Positions 52,172 through 63,744 are shown, counted from the stretch's first letter. The stretch: DNA of 64,000 nt from Escherichia coli (GCF_048403405.1 NZ_CP183129.1); one strand, 5' to 3'. The notes: generated by a model not told the origin, from the letters alone. A program made the numbers and translations.

Positions 52172-52205
52172 TAAAAAAGCCGGTATCCACAGATGTGGAT
52201 ACCGG
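52172..52205 (-). terminator. Perfect hairpin plus T-tract in the flu 5' leader (leader terminator/attenuator-like)
   Basis: GCCGGTATCCACA-GA-TGTGGATACCGGC palindrome followed on minus strand by TTTTTT, about 35 nt upstream of flu ATG. Confidence 0.5.
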
Positions 52206-52329
52206 CAGGTAAAGGGTTACAGTGCCGGAGGTCCGGCTGACGGAAGTTTCTGACGTGTGGCTCTGTTGTTCCCTGAATCTCATGTCTGTGTGTATCTGCG
52301 CACGTTGCTAACAGGAGTTATTATTAGCA

Positions 52330-52370
52330 TAACGATCGATATTAACGATCGGTAAAATAGGTATTGATCG
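52330..52370 (-). promoter_or_regulatory. agn43 (flu) phase-variation region: three GATC Dam sites within the expected OxyR-binding region
   Basis: GATC at 52333-52336, 52346-52349 and 52365-52368, upstream of flu. Confidence 0.75.
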
Positions 52371-52474
52371 TTTTATTCTATTATCAAGCTATTGCACGGA
52401 CAAGAGAGACAGTAACGAAAACAGCGCTTTTGTGAGCAGACTCAGAGGCAGGGAGGACATCATCCACAACAGGT

Positions 52475-53386
52475 TCAGAAGAAGATCCAGTTCCATACCG
52501 CGCGGGCAACAGAGACCACTGTGTCACGGACGGCACGCAGAACCGTGCGTGCAACAGAGGCAACACAGACGCTCTCCGCTGTGTCAAATATCCGGTCCAC
52601 CGCACCGGTAAACTGCTCACGGGCCTGAGCGCGGACAGATTCCGTGCGCAGCTCGTCCTGCAGGCGGGTCATCAGGGGACTGGCGGCATGGTCGGGAAGC
52701 GCTGTCATGAGCGCACTGACCAGCGTATCCACTTCCCAGCCGGTGCGGGCCGATACGGCCACAACCGGATGTACAGGCCGGAACAGACGGAATACCGCCT
52801 CCGTTTTTTCGCGAATGTTCTGTGCCTGTGCGGGAGAGGGCTGAATGCCGGCCATATCCCATTCATGGCAGGGCTCCGTTTTGTCGGCCTGTGTCACCAC
52901 AAACAGCACCTGCTGATGTCCGCACTGCAGGATGTGTCGCCAGAAATACTCATCCACAGACAGGGCCCGGTCATCGGCTTTAATCAGCCACAGCACCAGG
53001 TCCAGTTCAGGCAGAATGTCACGGTACAGGGCTTCATACTCTGCATCCCTGTCCCGGCTCTCGCCCACCCCGGGCAGGTCAGTGATAACCATGCTGTAAC
53101 CGTGACCACTCAGACGGAAGCGCTGCACTTCCCGGGTGCCGGCGTGAACATCACTGACCGGTGTGACCTCCCCCTGAAACAGGGCATTACAGAGTGAAGA
53201 TTTACCGGCCCCGCTTTTACCCATAATGCCAATCACGGGCTCGTGACGGGTGAGTTTGCGCAGATGTTCCAGGATGTGACGGGAAAGCGAGTAAGGCAGG
53301 GAGGAGAGCGGTTTTTCAATTGCCTCAATGGCATCAGACGGATTCATACATGTATTCCCGGTGAAAAAAGACAAAACCCCGCACAC
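52475..53386 (-). CDS. YeeP/YfjP/YkfA-family GTPase
   Basis: P-loop GIMGKSGAGKSS and G-domain motifs; upstream neighbour of flu as in CP4-44; exact start uncertain. Confidence 0.8.
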   Translation of the reverse strand: MCGVLSFFTGNTCMNPSDAIEAIEKPLSSLPYSLSRHILEHLRKLTRHEPVIGIMGKSGAGKSSLCNALFQGEVTPVSDVHAGTREVQRFRLSGHGYSMVITDLPGVGESRDRDAEYEALYRDILPELDLVLWLIKADDRALSVDEYFWRHILQCGHQQVLFVVTQADKTEPCHEWDMAGIQPSPAQAQNIREKTEAVFRLFRPVHPVVAVSARTGWEVDTLVSALMTALPDHAASPLMTRLQDELRTESVRAQAREQFTGAVDRIFDTAESVCVASVARTVLRAVRDTVVSVARAVWNWIFF

Positions 53387-54678
53387 CGGAAAGGTGGCGG
53401 GGGATCCACGGAGATAATATCTGTCTGAAATTGTTTGGAATCGATGGGGATGTTGAGTATTAACATGAAGGAGGGCAGGAGTTATCCGTTATTGGGTGAT
53501 ATCCTTCCATGAAAATACGCGGTTATTGTTAAACAGCAGGCTGATTACTCCGTAAAGGAGAAAAATATTCATCTTGCAGCCTGATTATCAGGTGTGTTTA
53601 TGTTTACTGAGGTGAGTATTTTTCAGTATATTGTCGGGGCAGTCAGTGGGAGATATTAAATTTACGTTTAGAGTTATCTTGCTTCTGCTGTGTATTTTTA
53701 TAAGAGTGCGCACGTAATGATATCTGTTGATACCATGTTGTTAAGTGTTTCCCTTCCGGGTCATGCGTACTTGCAAAATGGCATCTGAATCGATCACGGT
53801 TTGGCCAAACCGTGATCGAATAGAGAGGAATACGCACGTAATGATTAAATGCTTTTGTTACACCATTCTTCCGGCATGAATATTTATCCAGTTCCCTTTT
53901 TTATTTGTGTAGTGATACTGTCGGAATAGCGTTCAGTAATGTGAAGTGTCCTGTAAAAAAACTTTAATAAATGTGTCATCCTGGTCAGGAAATATCTGCT
54001 GAGATATTATTAGTTGGTGGTGTTTTTACTGAGTAATAGCTGGCTTTTAATTCCTGAACTGAAATACTGTCGCTCGTCAGGGTTTAATTAAAACTGGATG
54101 ATGATGTGAAAATGAAGGCTGGTTTTTGTGTTTGTCGAAGAAGTGTTATTTTAATCCATTCTCATCATTGGCTGGCGATTATACAGAAGTATTTGAAGAA
54201 AAAATGTTGCATTTTATCTGTGTCAGCAGGGAGGAAGTATTTTATTGATGTATCAGTATTAAATGGTTTTTGTTATTTATAAAAATGTCATCCTGTCCAT
54301 AGAATATTGTACTCAGCATTCAGTGCAGGAACTGTCATCTTCTTTATTTTATTCTTCTTCAGGAGGGCAGTTTTCTGAAAGCGTTACTCCGGGGAAACTG
54401 TTTATGTTTATTCCCGGCAGGAAACCCGTACCTGCAATACCCTGGATGATGCTTTTTGCTGGTACGTTGTTGTGTGAAAATTAATCAACACGTGTGTTCC
54501 GGAGAGCGCCCGTAGACGCACAGATTCATTCTAACATTCTTTAGCGACAAAATACCGAATGGTTATTATTTAATCTGAAAATCGACAGAAATTTTTATCC
54601 TGTATTGATTCTGCTGCTATTTTTGCTATTAGTAGCAATAGTTGCGGTACTTTATGTTCTGTGTGTTGTGAGGTCATT

Positions 54679-56169
54679 ATGCCATACTTTCAGTATCCTG
54701 ATGAGTTTCCCCTGAGCTCGCTGCCTCCACTCATTCGTGATGCCGTTATTGAAGCTCAGCAAATCACGCAGGCTCCCCTGGGGCTTGTGGCAGCATCTGC
54801 CCTGGGCGCTGTTTCACTTGTCTGCCAGAATCTGATTGATGTCTGCAGACTGAATACACTGCGGGGGCCGGTTTCTCTTTTCTTACTGACGCTTGCTGAG
54901 TCCGGAGAACGAAAAACCGCAGTGGACAAATTATTAATGGAGCCCCTGTACCAGCAGGAGATGCTGTTATATTCCAGACACAAAAATGAACTGACGACAT
55001 GGAAAAATAAGGAAGAGCTTTTAAAGGCGCAGAAAAAAGCATTGTTGTCAAAACTGAATAAAGAACTCCGCAAAGGCGCGGATGAGTCAGAAACGCTCAG
55101 ACAACTGGAAGCGCTTCAGAAAAACAGAGGGGAAAAACCTGTAAGATATAAATTCATTTTTAATGATGCCACGACAGCAGCAATTAAAGATCAGCTTTGT
55201 GGTCAGTGGCGTTCAGTGGGTATCATGTCTGATGAAGCCGGTATAATATTTGATGGGTATACCCTGTCTGAGCTGCCTTTTATTAACAAAATGTGGGATG
55301 GCTCCGTATTGTCGGTGGACAGAAAGAATGAACCCGAACAGATGATTGAAAATGCCAGAATGACATTATCCCTCATGGTACAACCCGGTCTTTTTGACCG
55401 ATATATGGAGCGAAAAGGTTCTGTTGCCAGGGACAGTGGTTTTCTTGCCCGTTGTCTAATCAGTAAACCTGCCACCACGCAGGGGAAACGCTTTATTAAC
55501 GGAGCTGTGACCCCGGGAGGATCATTAACGGCATTTCATGAACGATTAATGGAACTGGCCAGAGGCAGTATTGAAAAATCCAGTAAGGATGAACGTTATT
55601 GTCTGCATTTTTCTCCTGAAGCGCAAAAAATATTTATTGATCACTATAATGTTCTGGAGCAGGATTTGTCTCCTTCCGGACCCTTAAGCCAGTTTCGGGG
55701 GCATGTTTCAAAAAAAACAGAAAACATTGCGAGAATTGCTGCGTTATTGCAGTATTTCAGTCAGGGTGAAGGGAAAATCTCTGCCGATATCATGACGTCT
55801 GCTGTCGTAATAAGTTCGTGGTACACAGATGAATATAAAAAATTATTTGCGTTACCTGATGAATCTGAACTGCAGCTGCAGGACGCCCGGGAGCTGCTCG
55901 ACTGGCTCATTGAGGAGTGCCGCGGAGAATGCCCGCCCCGTGTCAGGAAAAATTATATTCTCCAGTGTGGCCCGGGCCGGTTCCGGAACAGGAAAAAGCT
56001 GAACGTCCTGCTGAACATTCTTGCATCTCAACTCAGGCTCTCTGTCGTGCAGGAAGGAAAAACCACCTATGTCCTGCTTTCCGAAATAAACAATATCACG
56101 CTGCCTGAACTGAATGCGTGCTACAGCCAGAAACTGATAAGATGGCATGAGCAATCCTTTGGCTTATAA
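54679..56169 (+). CDS. DUF3987-like (YfjI-like) island protein
   Basis: 496-aa product from MPYFQYPDEF; family assignment from memory of CP4-57 YfjI, unverified. Confidence 0.5.
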   Translation: MPYFQYPDEFPLSSLPPLIRDAVIEAQQITQAPLGLVAASALGAVSLVCQNLIDVCRLNTLRGPVSLFLLTLAESGERKTAVDKLLMEPLYQQEMLLYSRHKNELTTWKNKEELLKAQKKALLSKLNKELRKGADESETLRQLEALQKNRGEKPVRYKFIFNDATTAAIKDQLCGQWRSVGIMSDEAGIIFDGYTLSELPFINKMWDGSVLSVDRKNEPEQMIENARMTLSLMVQPGLFDRYMERKGSVARDSGFLARCLISKPATTQGKRFINGAVTPGGSLTAFHERLMELARGSIEKSSKDERYCLHFSPEAQKIFIDHYNVLEQDLSPSGPLSQFRGHVSKKTENIARIAALLQYFSQGEGKISADIMTSAVVISSWYTDEYKKLFALPDESELQLQDARELLDWLIEECRGECPPRVRKNYILQCGPGRFRNRKKLNVLLNILASQLRLSVVQEGKTTYVLLSEINNITLPELNACYSQKLIRWHEQSFGL

Positions 56170-56289
56170 TGTTCCCTGTTGCTGAGACGGATTATTCAGT
56201 GGTGGTATCGCAGTATGCCCGTCACCCCCGCTTCTGCATGAGGGTGACGGAGGAAAAGTAAGTGTGCGGAGGCCCGGGAGCGTTATGAA

Positions 56290-56889
56290 TCAACAGGCGT
56301 ATAACAGGTACTCGTCAATCATCAGTTCCAGCTCGCGCTTTTCCCGTTTGCGCGCCACAGCCCAGTTTTCAAGCTCTGCATGTGATTTATGCTTTAACTC
56401 TTCAGTCCAGGGCTGCATGGAGTGGGCACACATCAGATCATACCAGCACAGCCATATCAGCGTGTGGTAGAGATCACGATCGTCGAAACGCCGGAGCAGG
56501 CTGTTCAGCCTGTTTGCCAGCCGGTTTTCACCCAGACGATGTAGCTCACTGAGTAAAACGCCGCCCAGATTAAAATGTGTAAGCAGCATGATTTCATGGG
56601 TCTGAATGCTGGTCATTAACCCTTCCTGAATGGCAGGAATGAACGGTGGTGTTCCCGGGTTGACGACCTGATAGAGTCCCTGTGGTGCCACTGAGATGAT
56701 GGTGCCTTTTTCTGGCAGAAAAAAGTGGGCCAGGGTCAGGCGGTGATAACCATGAAGATGCGGAGCCCCCATTCCATGAGCGACGATAAGCCTCGTCACG
56801 TTTGTCATCCATTTCTGATGCTGGATGAGCAGCAGCTCACACCGGTTTTCAAGTTTTTGCATAATATTCTCTCCTTTAGCGCGCAGCAA
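56290..56889 (-). CDS. Hypothetical protein, about 190-199 aa, downstream of alpA
   Basis: ORF only; start ambiguous (M1 or M10). Confidence 0.4.
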   Translation of the reverse strand: MLRAKGENIMQKLENRCELLLIQHQKWMTNVTRLIVAHGMGAPHLHGYHRLTLAHFFLPEKGTIISVAPQGLYQVVNPGTPPFIPAIQEGLMTSIQTHEIMLLTHFNLGGVLLSELHRLGENRLANRLNSLLRRFDDRDLYHTLIWLCWYDLMCAHSMQPWTEELKHKSHAELENWAVARKREKRELELMIDEYLLYAC

Positions 56890-56947
56890 AATGCCTCCGG
56901 GGGCCGGATCATGCCTTTGCTGCGGTTGAACGGATAACGGTCAGGAA

Positions 56948-57154
56948 TTACGGACGGGACTGTGCAATACGCGCCTGCAGCCAGGCTTCCACTTCACTTT
57001 TCAGCCATCGGGAACTGCGGCCCAGCTTGATGGGGGCCGGAAAGGCCCCATCCCTGATGAGTTTGTAAAACCACTTATCGGTCAGGCCAGTCAGTTGAGT
57101 GATAAACGCCATGTCGACCATCTGGTCATCCATCAGTGAAACTGGGGTGGTCAT
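56948..57154 (-). CDS. alpA: AlpA-family phage/island transcriptional regulator
   Basis: 68-aa product MTTPVSLMDDQMVDMAFITQLTGLTDKWFYKLIRDGAFPAPIKLG, typical AlpA HTH. Confidence 0.75.
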   Translation of the reverse strand: MTTPVSLMDDQMVDMAFITQLTGLTDKWFYKLIRDGAFPAPIKLGRSSRWLKSEVEAWLQARIAQSRP

Positions 57155-58967
57155 GAGAATGTTCCTCCGGATGTTGTTAATCTCAACCGGCGTTGGTGAT
57201 GAAAACAACGCACCACCTTCACCGGCATAACAACCGGGGAGAAACGTAAAAAATAATCGGGAATGTGACCGTCAGGAGATAAACGGGGGGATTGCGGTGG
57301 CTGAGCCGTACCGGTATGTCGGGTGGTTGTTGCGAAACGATGCTTCCGCACGCGATAAAGGAGGGAGGACTTTCGTGAGACAAGGGGAAAACTAGCGTTC
57401 TGATAATTGCAGAGTTGTTTTTGAAGGCGGTTGTGGTATATCAGCCTGTGACCTGTGGGCAGGCGACAGTTATCACTGGTGGGATAAGACTGTCTGATTG
57501 GTATTATAAATATATAAGAGAGATCAAACACATGAGTTCATATATGTGAAATAAATCTGTGAGTGTGATCAGCAGACCAGTCTACCCAGTAGCAACAGAT
57601 TGCGTTGTACTCACAGGGTTATCCCTGATAACTGGCGTATAACCTGCGTACATAAAACGTACCTGCAATGCACCTGAACAGAGTGCATTAAGCATCCGCC
57701 TGAGCGGTAAACGTATCCGATCTGGTGAGTGACAGTCTGAGAGCATTCTCAGTAATCGCCCCCTTGTATCCTGGAAATTGGTTAAGAGCGATTAGATTTG
57801 GCAAGGTGTATGCATCCAGCAGCTTAACACCTCAGCTAACTGGCTGGTTACCTTCAGGTTGTCGCAATGGCATCGGACATCCGGTGTCGGATAACTAAAC
57901 GTAGCGTTAAGGCGATATTGCTGAGAGACCGGTTAAGTGGTGGCACGGGAGTAATGAGTTTGGGGAGGGTACCAGAATGCCAGTCAGGTGCGGTATGCTG
58001 GCAGTATCACGTTGATTGCAGCATAAAGTAACGAGAGACGAATGGAAGTTAAAACCAGAGCAGTTCCGTCGTTGTTCATCCCGGGAGACGCTGGAAAAAG
58101 TGATTACCCGCACACGTTATAAACTTACCCCTGCGGAGCTGGAAGCCTTTAACTCTGCGGTCGATCACCGGCTGGCAGAACTGACAATGAACAAACTTTA
58201 CGATCGCGTGCCGGCTTCCGTCTGGAAATATGTCACCTGAATCTTGAATCCGCGCTACGATGACTCTGGTGTTATCTGTGCACCGGAAGATCGGGAACAT
58301 TAAGCAGTATAACGGCAACAAAGAATTCGAAATCAAAAGGGAATGGTGTACAGAGGGGCAGGCGTTCAGGCATTACCGGCCTGTATCTTCTGAAGGGGAC
58401 TCGTATTTGTCGGGGCTGAGTATTCCGCTCGATTCGATCACGGATTGGCAGAAACCTGACTGTGATTGATTCAGGTACCATTTTGCAGGGATCCGGTGCG
58501 TTACTGTCTGGCACAACAAACGCAGCGGGTCGCTCTGCCCCGCCGACTCCTGATAATCCCTCCCCTGTAACCTACTGCAACAGTACAAATACACTGACGC
58601 CTGAAACGGTAACCAGAATCAGCACCAGCAGTAACGTCAGTAAACAGAGCAGACGATCGGTCTTCCGGTAATAACCGAAGGGGTCGACAGCACCACAATA
58701 CGGGCAACATACTGTATTATGAGTAATTGCGTTACCACAGTCCCTGCACTTCTTTTTGCGTATCACGATCGCTCCCTCTCCACGCCTTATCCGTAACCTG
58801 TTTTTTACATTAAAAAAACAACGCCGGGAATTCAATCGTCAGTCCGGCGATGACCGTTCGGGTTATCACAGAGTGCCTGAGACAGTGTCCTGCCGGAGGT
58901 CACCTCAGGGGCTCTGCGCATTTTTTACGACGTGGTTATTCCGTATGAACCATACGGAGATTTAACC

Positions 58968-59537
58968 ATGACCTACAAATACAACCCCTTCTGGCAGCAA
59001 CGTATTCGTGAGACGGTGCGGCACGCACTGAATGTTCATCCCCGCCTGACGGCATTGCGGGTTGACCTGCGTTTCCCGGATGTACCGGCAGCAACGGAGG
59101 CAGCTGTGATATCCCGCTTCATCAATGCCCTGAAAGCCCGAATCGACGCTTACCAGAAACGTAAGCATCGGGAAGGTAAACGCGTGCATCCCACAACCCT
59201 GCATTACGTCTGGGCCCGGGAGTTTGGGGAGTGCAAAGGTAAAAAACACTATCACCTGATGCTGCTGGTCAACCGGGATACCTGGTGTCGTGCCGGCGAT
59301 TACCGCGCTCCGGGATCACTGGCCGGGATGATTAAACAGGCGTGGTGCAGTGCCCTGGGAGTGGATGCCGGACGTTATGACACGCTGGCACATTTTCCGG
59401 TCAGGCCGGCGGTGTGGCTGGAACGCGATGATGACACCGGCTTTCAGCAGGTGCTGGAGCGTGCTGACTATCTGGCGAAGGAGAGTACCAAAGCTTACGG
59501 CACCGGTGAGCGCAACTTTGGCTGCAGTCGTGGCTGA
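58968..59537 (+). CDS. Inovirus Gp2-like / YagK-YfjJ-family protein
   Basis: 190-aa product from MTYKYNPFWQQRIRE; family assignment from memory, unverified. Confidence 0.5.
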   Translation: MTYKYNPFWQQRIRETVRHALNVHPRLTALRVDLRFPDVPAATEAAVISRFINALKARIDAYQKRKHREGKRVHPTTLHYVWAREFGECKGKKHYHLMLLVNRDTWCRAGDYRAPGSLAGMIKQAWCSALGVDAGRYDTLAHFPVRPAVWLERDDDTGFQQVLERADYLAKESTKAYGTGERNFGCSRG

Positions 59538-59702
59538 GCCCGACAGACGACTTATCTGACTTCAGTGTGATGACGTGTTCACAGCGACCACACTGATTTT
59601 CCCTTCTGAGACTGAACTGAAAACCGCCATTCACACCTGACCACGCTGCCCGTACCGGGACGGCTGTTGCCTGCGTGTCGTCTGGCGGTAAGGAACCACA
59701 CT

Positions 59703-60390
59703 ATGTACGCAAAATCTTTTCTCGCACTTGATGGCAACGGACGTCTGACCGGTGCCCGTACCGCACAGACTGCTCCTTATGCCCACTACACCTGCCACCT
59801 TTGCGGCAGTGCACTCAGATACCACCCGCAGCACGACACGGAACGTCCCTGGTTTGAACACACTGACGACGGGCTGACGGAGCACGCGCAGCAATGTCCT
59901 TATGTCAGGCCGGAACGCAGAGAAATACGGTTGATTAAACGTCTGCAGCAATTCGTCCCGGATGCCTTACCCGTGGTACGTAAAGCCAGCTGGTACTGCA
60001 GGCAATGTCACCACGATTATTATGGGGAGCAGTACTGCACACACTGCCAGACCGGGCGCTTCAGTGAGGACGGGGAGCAGAATGAACGGTATAAAAACGG
60101 GGCTGGGGATCACGCCGGGTGAGCACATTATCAGTGCCGACTCTGCGCTCAGCAGAAATATCCGGCATTGTTTCTGCCTTTCCTGTCATGGCCGGTTGAT
60201 TCTGCAGACAGATGCTCAGGGGGCGTGGTTTGAGCATGATTTACATGCCCTGAGTGAGCAACAGAAGGGTAAGCGTGCAGCAAGAACCGTATTGACGGGG
60301 ATGTGTTATTCAGTCGGCAGTGCTACGCGCCAGGGGAGCAGTTCGCCGACCCGGTTTATCGGCCAGTCGGCTATGACGTCAAGGACATAG
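59703..60390 (+). pseudogene. Zinc-ribbon repeat protein, frameshifted and 3'-truncated by IS66
   Basis: Two ORFs in different frames each carry a C-x2-C ... WFEH module (CHLCGSALRYHP...WFEH and CLSCHGRLIL...WFEH); second frame runs into the IS66 end. Confidence 0.4.
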
Positions 60391-61844
60391 CGGAGGTAGC
60401 TTTCTGGCTCCACTCCGTTCAGTTTGCACGTCCCGATCAGGCTGTACAGCAGCGCTCCCCGCTCTCCTCCATGATCCGAACCGAAGAACAGGTAGTTTTT
60501 GCGGCCCAGACTGACCATCCGCAACGCATTTTCAGCGATGTTATTGTCCGCCTCAGCCCAGCCATCATCTGCATAGTACGTCAGCGCCGGCCACTGGTTC
60601 AGGGCGTATGCGAACGCTTTCGCCAGTTCTGAGTGTCGCGACAGGGTTTTCATCTTTTCACGCAGCCAGCTTTCCAGGGATTTCAGCAGCGGTTTCGTTT
60701 TCAACTGACGTTCGGCAAGGCGCTGCTCCGCCGTCATTCCCCTTATCTCTGCCTCGATGGCGTACAGTTCGCCGATCCGTTTCAGCGCTTCCTCCGTCAG
60801 GGCTGACGGGGTGCGAACGTGCACATCGTGGATTTTACGGCGGGCGTGAGCCCAACAGGCGGCTTCCGTTATCCGGCCATCCCGGTACAGCTCGTTGAAC
60901 CCGGCGTATGCATCCGCCTGCAGTACACCACTGAACCCCGCAAGATGGGTCTGCGGATGGATGCCTTTTCTGTCCGGGCTGTAAGCGAACCACACCGCCG
61001 GCGCCAGCGTTGACCCGGCGTTACGGTCGTCACGAACGCAGGTCCATAACCGCCCGGTCTTCGTTTTCTTATTGCCTGGCAACAGCACCGGGACAGGCGT
61101 GTCATCAGCATGGAGCTTACCGTCAGTCAGCACATAGCCATGAAGCGCCTCTTCCAGCGGAGACAGCTGCCGGCAGCATGCATCCACCCAGCCCGACAGC
61201 AGTGAACGGCTCAGCTCCACACCTTGCCGGCCGTATATTTCTGACTGGCGATACAGCGGGGTGTGCTCTGCATACTTCGAGGTCAGCACGCGGGCCAGCA
61301 GCCCCGGTCCGGCGATACCCCGCTCGATGGGCCGCGAAGGTGCAGGTGCCTGCACGATGGCATCGCACTGAGTACAGGCATGTTTTTCCCGTACCGTCCG
61401 GATAACCCGGAAGGCGCTACGCATCAACTCCAGCTGTTCGGCGATATCCTCGCCCAGATAGCTCAGTGAACCGCCGCAGTTCGGGCAGCACGGCGCCGCA
61501 GGCAACAGTCGCTTTTCGTCACGGGGTAGTGATTCAGGGAACGGCTTACGGGTGCGGGTCTGACGCAACGGACGCTGTACTGCCGGGTCATACACCCTAC
61601 CAGTCAGCGTATCGCTCTCTTTCTGAAGCCGGTTCAGATCGGCTTCCATTTGTGCGATACGGCGGGAGACTTTTTCGGAACGACTGCCGAAGTTCATCCG
61701 GCGGAGTTTATCCAGCTGCGCCTGCAGATGGTCTATTTCGCGCTCCCGGTTGCTCAGCTTTTCCTGCAGGGCGTGGATCAGCGCTTCCTGTTCGGCCAGG
61801 CGCTGTTTCAGCAGGAAAATGTCGTCAGAAGAGATGTCGTTCAT
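60306..61844 (-). CDS. IS66-family transposase TnpC (intact, no cognate tnpA/tnpB immediately upstream)
   Basis: Product from [19 protein letters not shown] with CPNCGG zinc finger and conserved C-terminal domain. Confidence 0.8.
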   Translation of the reverse strand: MNDISSDDIFLLKQRLAEQEALIHALQEKLSNREREIDHLQAQLDKLRRMNFGSRSEKVSRRIAQMEADLNRLQKESDTLTGRVYDPAVQRPLRQTRTRKPFPESLPRDEKRLLPAAPCCPNCGGSLSYLGEDIAEQLELMRSAFRVIRTVREKHACTQCDAIVQAPAPSRPIERGIAGPGLLARVLTSKYAEHTPLYRQSEIYGRQGVELSRSLLSGWVDACCRQLSPLEEALHGYVLTDGKLHADDTPVPVLLPGNKKTKTGRLWTCVRDDRNAGSTLAPAVWFAYSPDRKGIHPQTHLAGFSGVLQADAYAGFNELYRDGRITEAACWAHARRKIHDVHVRTPSALTEEALKRIGELYAIEAEIRGMTAEQRLAERQLKTKPLLKSLESWLREKMKTLSRHSELAKAFAYALNQWPALTYYADDGWAEADNNIAENALRMVSLGRKNYLFFGSDHGGERGALLYSLIGTCKLNGVEPESYLRYVLDVIADWPINRVGELLPWRVALPTE

Positions 61845-62941
61845 ACATCGTGTATTTTTCGCCGGGCATGGACCCAGCACGCAACTTCTGTCTGTGCACC
61901 ACCTTCACGTTTGGCACTGAACAGCCGATCGTAACCGCTGAATGCATCCGCCTGCAGGATACCCCGGAAGGGACGAAGGTGTTGTACCGGATGTTTTCCC
62001 TGCCTGTCTGGTGAGTAGGCGAACCAGACCGCCGGTGGCTCTGATGAGCCCGCATTCCGGTCATCCCGGACATACGTCCAGATGCGTCCTGTTTTTGCCT
62101 TTTTTCTGCCCGGTGTCAGCACTTTTACCGGTGTGTCGTCAGTGTGAACCTTGCGGGTGTTCATCACGTAACGGTACAGGGCATCATTCAGCGGAGTCAT
62201 TAACTGGCAGCACGCGTCAACCCAGTTGGAGATTAATGCACGGCTCAGTTCGGCACCCTGTCGGGCAAAGATTTCACTCTGACGATACAGTGGCAGGTGT
62301 TCGCAGTATTTTCCCGTTAACACGCGGGCAAGTAATCCGGAGTCCGCGATGCCGCGCGCTATCGGGCGGGACGGCGCTGGCGCTTCAACTATACAGTCAC
62401 ATTTTGTACAGGCTTTTTTTACCCGAACAGTGCGGATCACTTTCAGGGCGCTACTCACCAGTTCCAGCTGCTCAGCACTGACTTCACCCAGATAATCCAG
62501 CTCACTGCCACACTCCGGGCAACAACTTTCTTCAGGCTCCAGGCGGTGTATTTCACGGGGAAGATGTGCTGGTAACGGACGACGATGACGTGACTGTCGC
62601 AACTGGCGGGGAACCTGCGGGTCATCCTCACGCCCACTGTAACGATCGCTTTCCTGTTCGCGTTGTTTCAGTTGGGCCTCAGCCTGTTCAACCTCACGCT
62701 GCAGTTTTTCAGAACGGGTACCGAACAGCATCCGGCGCAGTTTTTCTATCTGGGCCCTCAGATATTCTATTTCCCGCTCCTCCTCTTCGATCTTTTCTTC
62801 GGCACGTGCCAGTGCAGAGCGCAGGAAGGCCTCCGTCTCTTCAACCAGACTCAGTTGCAGATCTCTCTGACGGAGGGCTTCAGCCTGCTCAGAGAGCAGC
62901 CTTTCCAGCTCAGTGATACGAATGAGGTATTTCCGACTCAT
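61841..62941 (-). pseudogene. IS66-family TnpC, C-terminally truncated after ...HARRKIHDV
   Basis: 366-aa N-terminal portion only; stop overlaps start of the next tnpC (ATGA). Confidence 0.7.
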
Positions 62942-62971
62942 GACCGTTTTTATAATCCGGCCATGACATTT

Positions 62972-63322
62972 TTACAACATTGTCAGTGCGTTAAGACGGG
63001 ATGTTTTTGGCTGACGCCAGTCTAGCTTATCGAGGAGCATTGCCAGCTGCGAGCGGGTAATGGATACCTTACCGTCACGCACCGCAGGCCAGATAAACAG
63101 GCCTTCCTCCAGGCGTTTGGTGAACAGGCACAGACCATCAGCATCAGCCCAGAGGATTTTAATCATGTCACTCCGTCGGCCACGGAAGATGAACAGGTGA
63201 CCGGAGAAGGGGTTCTCATCCAGCACATGTTGTACCTGTTCACCCAGACCGTTGAAGGATTTACGCATATCAGTAACGCCGGCAACCAGCGAGATTCGAG
63301 TGTCTGATGGGAGCGAGATCAT
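62972..63322 (-). CDS. IS66-family TnpB
   Basis: 116 aa MISLPSDTRISLVAGVTDMRKSFNGL. Confidence 0.85.
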   Translation of the reverse strand: MISLPSDTRISLVAGVTDMRKSFNGLGEQVQHVLDENPFSGHLFIFRGRRSDMIKILWADADGLCLFTKRLEEGLFIWPAVRDGKVSITRSQLAMLLDKLDWRQPKTSRLNALTML

Positions 63323-63744
63323 CGCCCCCTCCCGGTCAGTTCACGGATCAACACCGTGAGCAGCTCTGGTGAAGGATTTTCCAGCGTCATGTTACCGTGG
63401 CGGAACTCAACTTTACAGGAACTGGCACTGACTGTGCTTTGTGAAGGAGTGGATAAAAGCGGAGTAAGAGCCGCCATAGGCTCTTTCTGCTCATCAGGCG
63501 TTATCTCAACAGGTAATAATTCAACGCCAGCGTCAGAAGAGGTTGTTACCGGAAGACGCCGCGATATACGCCCTTCGTTCTGCCAGAGCCTGAGCCATTT
63601 GAACAGGAGGTTATCATTGATATCGTGTTCCCTGGCAATACGGGCAACAGAGGCTCCTAGTTGTGAAGCCAGTTTAACCATTTGAAGTTTAAACTCATTT
63701 GAAAATGTTCTGCGGGGTTCTGCGGATAATATTTTCTGTTCCAT
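63319..63744 (-). CDS. IS66-family TnpA
   Basis: 141 aa with HTH (EFKLQMVKLASQLGASVARIAREHDINDNLLFKWLR); stop overlaps tnpB start. Confidence 0.8.
   Translation of the reverse strand: MEQKILSAEPRRTFSNEFKLQMVKLASQLGASVARIAREHDINDNLLFKWLRLWQNEGRISRRLPVTTSSDAGVELLPVEITPDEQKEPMAALTPLLSTPSQSTVSASSCKVEFRHGNMTLENPSPELLTVLIRELTGRGR

Noticed and set aside
49110..52174. Numerous plus-strand ORFs within flu (for example 51074-52174, 366 aa)
   Set aside because: Entirely antisense to the well-supported antigen 43 gene; repetitive low-complexity translations.
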